Shown here piece after piece: positions 28,401-37,499 of a stretch of DNA of 64,000 nucleotides. Under the pieces are notes generated by a model. That model did no database searches. It saw only the letters and a program-made list of their open reading frames with translations, and was not told where the DNA came from. Both the position numbers and the translations under genes were made by a program. The number at the start of each line of letters is the position of its first letter. Positions within the stretch are counted from its first letter, which is position 1. Source of the DNA: Oceanispirochaeta sp. (lineage in GTDB: Bacteria; Spirochaetota; Spirochaetia; DSM-2461); assembly GCA_963663385.2 (NCBI GenBank), contig CAXXXD010000004.1, forward strand, positions 736,001 through 800,000, read 5' to 3'.

Positions 28401-29411
28401 GTGAGTATAAAAGAAGAAATCAGCAGAGAGTTTAATAGTCCCGATGCGGTGGAATTCGCCGGCAGAGCCATTGCGGCTATGGTCGCTCTGGGAATCGGCG
28501 ATGCGGCCGGGGATCTGGGGCGGGACGATGATGTCCGTCAGAAATATGGGATTCTCACGACCTTGCTGCCTGAGGGGAAAAGCACGGATGATACGGAATT
28601 TACCGTCCTTACAGCCAGAAGTATTCTTGATTGCCCCGGTGAGTATACCAATGAATTTGTTGCGGAAACATGGAGAAAACTGGTGCTTGCCGATGGCGGA
28701 GCCAGAGAAAGAGGCGGCATGCCTTTATACGGTGCTCTCAACAATCTTTCCAGGGGAGTGAATCCTCCCCTTTCCGGCCGGGATAATGTATTTAATGTGG
28801 ATGACGGTGCGGCGATGAGGGCAGTTCCCTTCGGTATCGTCGGAAACGGGGATACCGGCAAAGCGGCGGAAATGGCCGCTGTTGATGCGTCTGTCAGTCA
28901 TGATAAAGACGGCATATGGGCGGCGCAGGCCATTGCGGCAAGCATTACTGTGGCATTGAAGGGCGGGGCTGTCGACGCTGTTATCGAAGCGGGACGCAAG
29001 TATATACCGGAAGACAGCTGGCTGGGACGCAGAATGGATCAGACATTCAAGATGCTGGATGAAACAGAAGATCCCGACGAAGCTTATGAACTGCTGCACA
29101 CCCTTCTCTGGACACCTAAACACTCATCGGCTCCCGAAGCTGTCCCCCAGATTTACGGGCTTTATAAAATGAGCGGCGGCAGTTTTAAAAAAGGATTCAA
29201 ACTGTCAGCGAATTTCGGCAGGGATGCCGATACGATCTGTGCTCTGGTTCTGGCTCTCTGTGCCGCCGGTGAGGGATTGGATGTTATCCCCGAGGAATGG
29301 ATTGAACAGGTGCGGACGCCCGCCGGTGTCTGCCTCCGCTTCGCCGCCGGTGAGGATATGGTGGAACTTGGGAAAAAACTTGTTTCCCATGCGCTTCGAC
29401 AAGCAGGTTGA
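28401..29411 (+). CDS. ADP-ribosylglycohydrolase (DraG/ARH) family protein
   Basis: GDAAG, STDDTE, DGAAMRAVP, SH and GRDADT. Confidence 0.88.
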   Translation: MSIKEEISREFNSPDAVEFAGRAIAAMVALGIGDAAGDLGRDDDVRQKYGILTTLLPEGKSTDDTEFTVLTARSILDCPGEYTNEFVAETWRKLVLADGGARERGGMPLYGALNNLSRGVNPPLSGRDNVFNVDDGAAMRAVPFGIVGNGDTGKAAEMAAVDASVSHDKDGIWAAQAIAASITVALKGGAVDAVIEAGRKYIPEDSWLGRRMDQTFKMLDETEDPDEAYELLHTLLWTPKHSSAPEAVPQIYGLYKMSGGSFKKGFKLSANFGRDADTICALVLALCAAGEGLDVIPEEWIEQVRTPAGVCLRFAAGEDMVELGKKLVSHALRQAG

Positions 29412-29414
29412 TCT

Positions 29415-30317
29415 ATGAAAAAACAGCAGCTGAAGAAAAGGATATACCGGGACCGGGCGCTGTATCTCATGTTTATTCCCGTTCTGCTCTATTATGTGAT
29501 TTGGCACTACGTTCCCATGTGGGGAGCCAGAATCGCGTTTCAGAATGTCAGATACATCGGCCCCAATGAGTGGGCCGGGCTTAAACATTTCAGGATGCTC
29601 TTTTCTTCCCCGGTTTTTCTGAATGTCTTCAAGAACACCGTCATTATCAGTTCCATGAAGATTTTCATCTTCTTTCCCATGCCGATTATCCTGGCTTTCC
29701 TGTTCAATGAAGTCAGAAGCGTTAATTACAGGAAGGCCGTGCAGAGTGTAATCTACCTGCCCCATTTCTTTTCATGGGTCGTCATTGCCGGGATTTTCAT
29801 TTCACTTCTCTCTTCGCCGGACGGAGTCGTCAATGTTATTTTGAACTTCTTCAATCGGGAGCCTGTCTCTTTTATGACATCCACAAAGCATATACGGTGG
29901 GTGCTTGTCTTTTCGGAAATCTGGAGGAGTATCGGATGGGATTCCATTCTATATATTGCGGCTATCAATTCCATCTCTCCCACGCTCTACGAAGCGGCAA
30001 CGATTGACGGAGCTTCCAAATTCCAGCAGGCATTGCGAATTACCTTTCCGGCCATTGTTCCGACTATCATAACGGTTTTCATCCTCAATCTGGGGTTTTT
30101 TATGAATGCCGGTTTTGACCAGGTCTTCAATATGATGAACGATGCGATCATTAACCATATCGATATCATAGACACCTATGTGTACCGCATCGGACTGGCC
30201 AAGGGGAATTTCTCCCTGGGTACGGCAGCGGGACTGTTTAAGGGGATCATCGGCCTTTTTCTCATATTGACGACCGACAGGCTGAGCAGAAAAGCAACGG
30301 GCGAGGGGGTCTGGTAA
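29415..30317 (+). CDS. Carbohydrate ABC transporter permease (LplB-like)
   Basis: YLPHFFSWV and EAA loop LYEAATIDGASKFQ. Confidence 0.93.
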   Translation: MKKQQLKKRIYRDRALYLMFIPVLLYYVIWHYVPMWGARIAFQNVRYIGPNEWAGLKHFRMLFSSPVFLNVFKNTVIISSMKIFIFFPMPIILAFLFNEVRSVNYRKAVQSVIYLPHFFSWVVIAGIFISLLSSPDGVVNVILNFFNREPVSFMTSTKHIRWVLVFSEIWRSIGWDSILYIAAINSISPTLYEAATIDGASKFQQALRITFPAIVPTIITVFILNLGFFMNAGFDQVFNMMNDAIINHIDIIDTYVYRIGLAKGNFSLGTAAGLFKGIIGLFLILTTDRLSRKATGEGVW

Positions 30318-31201
30318 TGGTTGTGGAAAAAAAGAGTCCGGGGAACGGGATAATCTGTGTGCTGCTCTTTCTGCTAGCCCTGATCATGGTGTATCCCATT
30401 TACAATCAACTTGTCATCTCCCTGACGGGACCGGAGTATATCGCCGCAGCCGACGGGACGACACTTATACCTCACGGGTTCACTCTTAATACATATAAAA
30501 ATGTTCTCTCTATAGGAAAAGTTTATAGAGGGCTGCTCAACAGTATACTCATCACATCCGCAGGGCTGTTTATCAACATCGTTCTGACAAGTATAGGCGC
30601 CTATGTCCTGACAAAAAGAGATCTGCCGGGAAGACAGATTTTTATCACACTGATTATAATCACTATGATAATAGAAGGGGGGCTGATTCCCGATTATTTC
30701 CTGATGAAGGACCTCCATCTACTCAACACCTACTGGTCGGTCATCCTTTATAAGGCTGTGAATCCCTACTATCTGATTATCCTGATGCGCTTTTTTGACA
30801 AAGTACCGAAATCTCTGATTGAAGCGGCCAGAATCGACGGGTATGGAGAGACCAGGATTCTGTTCAAGATCGTCATGCCCATCAGTGTGGCGGGACTGGC
30901 GACGATCAGTCTGTTCTATGGTGTTTTTCACTGGAATGAATATTTCAGAGCCATGATATACCTGACCGATGAGTGGAAAGTTCCGCTGCAGGTCGTTGTC
31001 AGGGAACTGGTTATTGCAGGAGAAAAAGCCAGTTTTATCGGAGCTACGAATTATTTCAATGTGGAGGGAGCGGCGACTATCGACTTCAAGGCTCTTAAAG
31101 CCGCCCTTATCATTCTTGTTATTTTACCAATTCTTCTGTTTTACCCCTTTGTACTGAAATATTTTGTCAAAGGTAAGCTGGAAGGTTCGGTTAAGGAATA
31201 G
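30317..31201 (+). CDS. Carbohydrate ABC transporter permease (LplC-like)
   Basis: GGLIP, LIEAARIDG, WNEYF and C-terminal GSVKE. Confidence 0.93.
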   Translation: MVVEKKSPGNGIICVLLFLLALIMVYPIYNQLVISLTGPEYIAAADGTTLIPHGFTLNTYKNVLSIGKVYRGLLNSILITSAGLFINIVLTSIGAYVLTKRDLPGRQIFITLIIITMIIEGGLIPDYFLMKDLHLLNTYWSVILYKAVNPYYLIILMRFFDKVPKSLIEAARIDGYGETRILFKIVMPISVAGLATISLFYGVFHWNEYFRAMIYLTDEWKVPLQVVVRELVIAGEKASFIGATNYFNVEGAATIDFKALKAALIILVILPILLFYPFVLKYFVKGKLEGSVKE

Positions 31202-31233
31202 ATTTTGTTTTTAATGTTTCTAAGGAGGATTAC

Positions 31234-32640
31234 ATGAAACGATTTTCACTGACAATTCTGGGTGTATTGCTTATGGTATCTCTGGGATTCGCTAACGGAC
31301 AGAAAGATGAAGCGGCACCGTCTGACTCAACTCAGACCATCAGGATGGTTCTGAAGGATTTTTCGCCTTCCGAGGAAGTCAATGCCCGGTTTCTGAAGAA
31401 TGTGGAAGCCGGGTTTGAAACCTGGTCCGGTAAAAAGATCCATATTGAGGCCGTTCAGATGCCGGAAGGGGCCTATGCCGAAAAACTGAATCTTATGCTG
31501 CTCGGGGGAGATATCCCCGATCTTATCTATTTCCAGGGAGGAGACGAAGTCATATCCAATCAGGGGCTCCTGGTTAATTTGAATGACTATGCCAAATCAT
31601 CCGAGGTCATGAATAAAGCCATGATGGATTTTAACCGGGACCGTCTGGCCAATTATCCCTACATCCTCTGGATCGCACCGCCAAGGGCGAGAACCGCTGT
31701 AATCAGAGAGGACTGGTTTGCAGAGGCGGGAGGAAAAATTCCCGTTACGATTGATGATTACTACAACCTGTTTAAAACTGTAAAAGCCAATCACCCCGAT
31801 GTCGCCGTTATGACCGATACGGGGAACACGACGAGAATGGACTATACATTCAATCAGGCATTCGGTGTCAGTGCCACCTGGATCAGGCAGGGAAACTCCT
31901 ATGTTTACTGCAAAGTTTCAGAAGGAGAAAAAGATAAACTGGCCTTTTACCAGAAGCTCTACCGGGAAGGCCTCTTTGACAGGGATTATGTCACAACCGC
32001 ATGGGACAGCATGGAGGACAAACTCTATACGAATCAGGTTGCGGTAGTATTCGGTACAGCCGGAATCATTCTCGATATCTATGAAAATAAACTTATGGAA
32101 AACCAGAATGTCGGACTGGTCGCTCTGCCTCCCGCCAAAGGGAAGGGACAAGGATATGCTGTTTCTACTGCCAAGGAAACCAGGGGATGGGCTATCAGCG
32201 CTACTTCGAAAAATCCCGGTCTGACATTTGAACTGCTTGAGTTCATGGCAACCGATGAAGGCCAGATAATGGATCGATACGGAGTCGAGGGCATCCATTT
32301 TACCAGAAACGGAGATGAAATCGTAAGGACCGAGAAAGCATCGGAATGGTGGCCCAAATTCCATGAAGTCATGACCTGGAACGCTCCCACTCCCCTTATG
32401 GGAGAGGTTGGAATGAAGGGCTGGGAGTTTATCGCCGATTATGCGGTCGGCGACCCTGATTTCCCGATTCCTGAAGATTTTTCGGCAACATGGGACGCCC
32501 TGGAAAACCTTTATAAAGAGTATAGCTTTAAAATCATAACCGGCGAGTACGGTATCGATAAATTCGATGAGTTCGTCGATAAGTGGTACGATCTGGGCGG
32601 AACGGACGTAACAGAATACGCGCAGACAATGATGAAATAA
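31234..32640 (+). CDS. Carbohydrate ABC transporter substrate-binding protein
   Basis: Signal ending FANGQKD, GDIPDL, YGVEGIHF and FDEFVDKW..LGG. Confidence 0.9.
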   Translation: MKRFSLTILGVLLMVSLGFANGQKDEAAPSDSTQTIRMVLKDFSPSEEVNARFLKNVEAGFETWSGKKIHIEAVQMPEGAYAEKLNLMLLGGDIPDLIYFQGGDEVISNQGLLVNLNDYAKSSEVMNKAMMDFNRDRLANYPYILWIAPPRARTAVIREDWFAEAGGKIPVTIDDYYNLFKTVKANHPDVAVMTDTGNTTRMDYTFNQAFGVSATWIRQGNSYVYCKVSEGEKDKLAFYQKLYREGLFDRDYVTTAWDSMEDKLYTNQVAVVFGTAGIILDIYENKLMENQNVGLVALPPAKGKGQGYAVSTAKETRGWAISATSKNPGLTFELLEFMATDEGQIMDRYGVEGIHFTRNGDEIVRTEKASEWWPKFHEVMTWNAPTPLMGEVGMKGWEFIADYAVGDPDFPIPEDFSATWDALENLYKEYSFKIITGEYGIDKFDEFVDKWYDLGGTDVTEYAQTMMK

Positions 32641-32649
32641 TAAGCCTGG

Positions 32650-32680
32650 TCCCGGATAGGGGTTTACCTGTTATCCGGGA
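32650..32680 (+). other. Intercistronic stem-loop after the binding-protein gene
   Basis: TCCCGGATA...TATCCGGGA with no U tract. Confidence 0.65.
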
Positions 32681-32710
32681 TAAGGCTGTGAAAACAGTGC
32701 AGAGAGAGAA

Positions 32711-34792
32711 ATGGATAAGACGAGATATTTGGAGCAGGTTTACGGAGGACTTCTGGGTAAATGCGCCGGAGTCAGGCTCGGAGCGCCTGTGGAGCCGACA
32801 ATCTGGACGTATAAGCGAATCAGATCGACTTACGGGAACATAACCGGCTATATCAAAGACTACAGGAATTTTGCCGCCGACGATGATGTCAACGGCCCCC
32901 TTTTTTTTATCCGGGCCCTCTTCGATAACGACGAGGTAACGGAAAAAGAGATCGCACGGACCTGGCTGAATTATACCCGGGAAGGAATCGGTTTTTACTG
33001 GTGGGGCGGATACGGTGTCAGTACGGAACACACGGCCTACCTCAATCTCAAATCGGGAATGGAAGCCCCCGAATCGGGAAGTATCAGGGTTAACGGATCC
33101 ACTGTGGCCGAACAGATCGGCGGTCAGATCTTTATAGATTCCTGGGGATGGGTTTTTCCCGGCGATGCAGCATCGGCTGCCCGGTATGCGTCGATGGCCG
33201 CCAGCGTCAGCCATGATGGAAACGGTATTTACGGCGGCGTTTTTATCGCTGTATGTATTTCTCTCGCTTTTGGTAACAGAGATGTCCACAGTATTGTCGA
33301 AGAGGCCCTGAAATGGATTCCGGAAGATTCGGAATATGCCCGCGTCGTCACTTCCGTAAGGGATTTTCATAAAGAGAATCCGGAGGACTGGCGATTATGC
33401 CGGGAATATCTGGAAGACAATTTCGGATATGACCGTTATCCCGGAGTCTGTCACATGATTCCCAATGCCGGTGTTTGCGCTCTGGCCCTTTATTACGGCG
33501 GGGGAGACTTTGCCCGCACCATAGAAATCGCAACAATGTGCGGCTGGGATACGGACTGCAATGCCGGAAATGTGGGATCCATTTTAGGTGTTATGAACGG
33601 TCCGGAAGGAATCCCCGTCCGTTACCGGACCCCCATTAATGACTTCCACGCAGCGAGCAGTATCTCCGGGGCTTTGAATATCATTGATCTGCCAACGGCG
33701 GCGAAGGAGCTGGCGATTCTGGGGCTGGAACAGAAAGACGAAGCGATCCCGCAGGAGTGGAAGAGGGGAACATTTTCCGATGATATCTATCTGGATTTCT
33801 CTCTTCCCGGTTCTACATCGGGGTTGAGGACCTCTTCCGCATACCTGGCGCCGATCGGTCCGGGAGAGGAGTTTTTCAGAAAGGACTGCGTCTCCATTCT
33901 TCTGGACCGGCTGGTCCGGGGAGATACGGCGAGAATCTTTTACAAACCCTTTTACCGCCGGGAAGATTTTGATGATGAGCGGTACTCTCCCACTTTCACT
34001 CCTCTGGTGTATTCCGGCCAGAGACTGAGAATTCGGGGGGAGGTAGAGAAGATGAGCGGTCAGAGGATCGCTGTGTCTCCTTATGTCAGGGACAGCTCGG
34101 GAAAGGAAATTTTCAGCGATTCCTCTATTTTCCCGGTGCCGGGAGAAGAATTTGAACTTGACTGGTTAATTCCCGAGGTGCCCTTCGCCATTGATGAAAC
34201 CGGCCTTCTGGTAACGAATTTCGATAGCGAAAAGTATCTTGGAAAACTATCTATTAAGGAGATGGAGATAACCGGGAAAAAATCCTTTTTCATTGATTTT
34301 AAAGAGGAAACAAAAGAGTTCCGGGGGTTGAGCCGATGCTCCTGCATGGGCGGGGCATGGGACCTTGAATTCGGGGGACTTCATGTTCTCACTCAGGATG
34401 AGTTTTATCTCTGTTCCGGTCCCTATTATCTGCGGGACTGCCTGGTGGAAACACGCCTTATTCCGGAAAACGGCGACAGCCATATGGTTATGGCCCGATC
34501 CGGCGGAGCTGAAACAGGGTATTTCTTCGGCCTGTCCGGGGAAAACAGGGCCGGTCTCTACAAAAAAAATCACACACTGGAATTGCTGCGTGAAGTGGAT
34601 TTTACATGGGAACCGGGGAAGGAATACAGAATTTCCCTTGAAGTATCCGGCAGCACGGTCAAGTGCCGTATTGACGGGCAGGAACTGATCTATTTTACGG
34701 ATGAGAAACCGCTTCTCTATGGAATGGCCGGAACAGCCAAGCTGCAGGGCGGGCGAACTCTTTTTCTCGACCTTTCCTGCCGTGAGAACTGA
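32711..34792 (+). CDS. Long ADP-ribosylglycohydrolase family protein with C-terminal beta-sandwich domains
   Basis: GVRLGAPVE, ADDD, IGGQIFID, SVSHDG and GWDTDCNAGNVG, followed by about 350 aa of beta-rich extension. Confidence 0.85.
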   Translation: MDKTRYLEQVYGGLLGKCAGVRLGAPVEPTIWTYKRIRSTYGNITGYIKDYRNFAADDDVNGPLFFIRALFDNDEVTEKEIARTWLNYTREGIGFYWWGGYGVSTEHTAYLNLKSGMEAPESGSIRVNGSTVAEQIGGQIFIDSWGWVFPGDAASAARYASMAASVSHDGNGIYGGVFIAVCISLAFGNRDVHSIVEEALKWIPEDSEYARVVTSVRDFHKENPEDWRLCREYLEDNFGYDRYPGVCHMIPNAGVCALALYYGGGDFARTIEIATMCGWDTDCNAGNVGSILGVMNGPEGIPVRYRTPINDFHAASSISGALNIIDLPTAAKELAILGLEQKDEAIPQEWKRGTFSDDIYLDFSLPGSTSGLRTSSAYLAPIGPGEEFFRKDCVSILLDRLVRGDTARIFYKPFYRREDFDDERYSPTFTPLVYSGQRLRIRGEVEKMSGQRIAVSPYVRDSSGKEIFSDSSIFPVPGEEFELDWLIPEVPFAIDETGLLVTNFDSEKYLGKLSIKEMEITGKKSFFIDFKEETKEFRGLSRCSCMGGAWDLEFGGLHVLTQDEFYLCSGPYYLRDCLVETRLIPENGDSHMVMARSGGAETGYFFGLSGENRAGLYKKNHTLELLREVDFTWEPGKEYRISLEVSGSTVKCRIDGQELIYFTDEKPLLYGMAGTAKLQGGRTLFLDLSCREN

Positions 34793-34796
34793 TGCT

Positions 34797-35063
34797 ATGG
34801 AAAAAAAAGTCGGAACGGATGCAAAACAGGATGCTGTAGTAACGGTATCGGACACTGCTGCGGATTTACAAGTTGAAATACGGTCTCCCCTGGAAGATCT
34901 GTTCGGTAAATCCCTGGAAAAAGCGGCAAGGGAAGAACTCAGTCGTTTGAATGTACGGAACGGGACGGTTCTTATTGAAGACAATCAGGCATTGGATTTT
35001 GTTATCCGGGCCCGGATTAAAGCGGCTGTTTCGATACTCAGAGAAATGGGAGGGGAAATTTGA
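34797..35063 (+). CDS. citD: Citrate lyase acyl carrier protein (gamma subunit)-like, atypical
   Basis: GT....D.VVTV, S..E.LFG..L and EDNQALDFVIRARIKAA match the CitD pattern. Directly upstream of citE and citF. Confidence 0.8.
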   Translation: MEKKVGTDAKQDAVVTVSDTAADLQVEIRSPLEDLFGKSLEKAAREELSRLNVRNGTVLIEDNQALDFVIRARIKAAVSILREMGGEI

Positions 35064-35932
35064 GAAGCTGGCTCTACTGTCCCGGAAACAGTCCCAAAAT
35101 GATCATCAATGCCGGTTTATACGGTGCGGACGCTCTTGTTTTCGACCTTGAAGATTCCGTTGCGGAAAGTCATAAGATCGAAGCCCGTTATCTTCTGGCT
35201 CAGGCTTTTGCCGAGAGGATCATCCCTGTTGAGAAATCCGCTGTGAGAATCAACGGTTTTGAATCGGAACACTGGCGAAAGGATCTTGAGGAGATCATTC
35301 CCGCGGGAGGACGGATAATCCGCATTCCCAAAGTGGAGAGTCCTCAGCAGATCGGCGAGATAAGTGCTGAAATCGATGGCATCGAAGCGGAATCGGGAAT
35401 TCCCCGGGGGGCTGTTACAATTCAGTGCCTTTTTGAAACGCCGACAGGGGTGGAAAACGCCTTTCTGATAGGCAATTCATCCTCCCGGATCAGAGCCTAT
35501 TCTTTCGGCGCCGAGGATTACAGTTCTCTCCTCGGGATCAACCGCGGCGGAGATCTCCTGCCCCTGGATTATCCGAGAAGCAGAATCGCCTCGGCGGCGG
35601 CTGCCTTCGGCTATACCGCCCTGGATACGGTATGGGGATTCCTCAATGATCCTGACGGACTGGAAACGGATACGCTGAGGGGGAAAAGGCTGGGGTTTCA
35701 CGGGAAATCGGTGATTCATCCCGACCAGATTGATATAGTCAACAAACTCTATGCTCCGACGGAAAAAGAGATTGAAACGGCCAGAGCCATACTCGAAAAA
35801 AATAACATGGCAGAAGGCGGTGCGTCGTCGTTCAAGGGAAGGATGATAGATTTACCGGTAGTTGAAAGGGCACGGAAGATCATAGGGGCTGCCGGAATTG
35901 AAGAATTGCAGGACGGGAAAAATGATAAATGA
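35060..35932 (+). CDS. citE: Citryl-CoA/ACP lyase (beta subunit; HpcH/HpaI-CitE family)
   Basis: RSWLYCPG, FDLEDSV, VRIN, PKVE, FGAEDY and GKSVIHP. Confidence 0.9.
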   Translation: MRSWLYCPGNSPKMIINAGLYGADALVFDLEDSVAESHKIEARYLLAQAFAERIIPVEKSAVRINGFESEHWRKDLEEIIPAGGRIIRIPKVESPQQIGEISAEIDGIEAESGIPRGAVTIQCLFETPTGVENAFLIGNSSSRIRAYSFGAEDYSSLLGINRGGDLLPLDYPRSRIASAAAAFGYTALDTVWGFLNDPDGLETDTLRGKRLGFHGKSVIHPDQIDIVNKLYAPTEKEIETARAILEKNNMAEGGASSFKGRMIDLPVVERARKIIGAAGIEELQDGKNDK

Positions 35933-37448
35933 CGCCGGGCGGGAGATCCCCGAAACTATCACGGGAATCCGGAATGTCTCTCCTTACAGAAATCAGCAGA
36001 AAGAAAGAGCCGGGAAGAGAATGTCACCCCCGCCGGCAAAGGAAAAAACAACTCAATTTTCACAGTCTCTTGAAGAGGCGATTGCCCGGTCCGGTTTAAA
36101 AAACGGAGACCGAATCAGTTTTCACCATCATCTCCGTCTCGGAGACAGGGTTATGGAACAGGTCCTGGGTGTGCTGGACCGGATGGGGTTCCGGGATCTG
36201 ATTGTATGCCTCTCTTCCGTTATGGGACCCTCCGCCGCTGCCGTACTTAAGGCCGTTGAATCCGGAGTTGTCCGGAGAATCGAAACAACCGGTTTAAAAT
36301 CTCCCCTTTCCGAAGCGCTGCTTGACGGGAAAATTCCCGAGCCTGTCATCTTTCGTTCCCATGGCGGCCGGGCAAGAGCGATTGAGAGAGGAGAAACTCC
36401 TATTAATCTGGCATTTATCGCTGCATCAGCTGCCGATAAGAGGGGGAATCTCACCGGTATGGAAGGGCCTAATCAATTCGGATCCCTCGGTTATGCCATC
36501 GTAGACAGTATATACGCCACCTATGTCATTGGCATTACAGATCATTTTACCGATTCACTGCAGGAAAGAGCCGGTATTACGGGAAATCATGTTGATGAAG
36601 TGGTCCGAATCTCCTCCATCGGTGATAACAAGGGGATTGCCGGAGGTTCTCTGCGTCAGTCCCGCAGTCCTGTTGAAAAGCTGATTGCCCGCCGGACTAT
36701 GGAATTCCTGCTGACGGCGGGAGTTGTCAAAGAGGATTTTTCCTATCAGGCAGGCAGCGGCGGAATCTCTCTGCTTGTTACGAGTTATCTGAAATCCTAT
36801 ATGGAGGAAAACAGCATTAAAGGGAGTTTTGCTTCAGGCGGAGTAACGGGAGATCTTGTGGCAATGCTTAAAAGCGGCCTTTTCAAGACTCTCTGGGATG
36901 TCCAGAGTTTTGATATTGATGCAGTTCAATCTCTGAAGGAAAACCTGTTTCACAGGGAAATGAGCGCTTCCCTTTATGCCAATCCCGACAACGCTGAATG
37001 TATGGCCCACAAACTGGATGTCATGATTCTGTCCGCCACAGAAATCGACAGGGATTTTAATGTGAATTCCATAACCGGAACCAATGGAAGAATACTCGGC
37101 GCGCTGGGGGGAGCCCCCGATACGGCTTACGGTTCCCGATTGACCGTGGTTGTCATGCCGTCGTTCCGGGGACGAATCCCGACAGTCTCGGAGCGGGTAA
37201 GGACTGTCTGTACTCCGGGACCAACGGTAGATGCTCTTGTTACCGAGAGGGGCATTGCTGTCAATCCCCGGCGTGAAGATCTGTTCCATCGATTGAAAAA
37301 CAGTTCTCTGCCGTTAATTTCCATGGATGATCTGATAGGACGGGTCTATCAATTGACAGGCAAACCCGATCTTCCGGAAGAAGGCCATGAGGTTGCGGGA
37401 GTTGTTGAATATCGGGACGGTTCCATTCTCGATTGCATCCGGAGATAG
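35922..37448 (+). CDS. citF: Citrate lyase alpha subunit (citrate CoA/ACP-transferase)
   Basis: ISFHHHLR.GD, RSHGGRARAI, QAGSGG, DVQSFD, TPG.TVD.LVTE.GIAVNP and VEYRDG. Confidence 0.92.
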   Translation: MINDAGREIPETITGIRNVSPYRNQQKERAGKRMSPPPAKEKTTQFSQSLEEAIARSGLKNGDRISFHHHLRLGDRVMEQVLGVLDRMGFRDLIVCLSSVMGPSAAAVLKAVESGVVRRIETTGLKSPLSEALLDGKIPEPVIFRSHGGRARAIERGETPINLAFIAASAADKRGNLTGMEGPNQFGSLGYAIVDSIYATYVIGITDHFTDSLQERAGITGNHVDEVVRISSIGDNKGIAGGSLRQSRSPVEKLIARRTMEFLLTAGVVKEDFSYQAGSGGISLLVTSYLKSYMEENSIKGSFASGGVTGDLVAMLKSGLFKTLWDVQSFDIDAVQSLKENLFHREMSASLYANPDNAECMAHKLDVMILSATEIDRDFNVNSITGTNGRILGALGGAPDTAYGSRLTVVVMPSFRGRIPTVSERVRTVCTPGPTVDALVTERGIAVNPRREDLFHRLKNSSLPLISMDDLIGRVYQLTGKPDLPEEGHEVAGVVEYRDGSILDCIRR

Positions 37449-37459
37449 AAAGGGGGATT

Positions 37460-37481
37460 CTGAATAACGGTTCCGGCAATA
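37460..37481 (+). repeat. 22-bp direct repeat, copy 1
   Basis: CTGAATAACGGTTCCGGCAATA, 20/22 identical to 39233-39254. Confidence 0.8.
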
Positions 37482-37499
37482 TTGGAATCGTCTAAAATG

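Noticed and set aside
34701..34796. ORF-track N-terminal extensions (citD, polB to 49151, FadR to 23100, tatD to 60678, gntP to 20577)
   Set aside because: They overlap neighbouring genes or promoters. Family similarity and RBS positions support the downstream starts.
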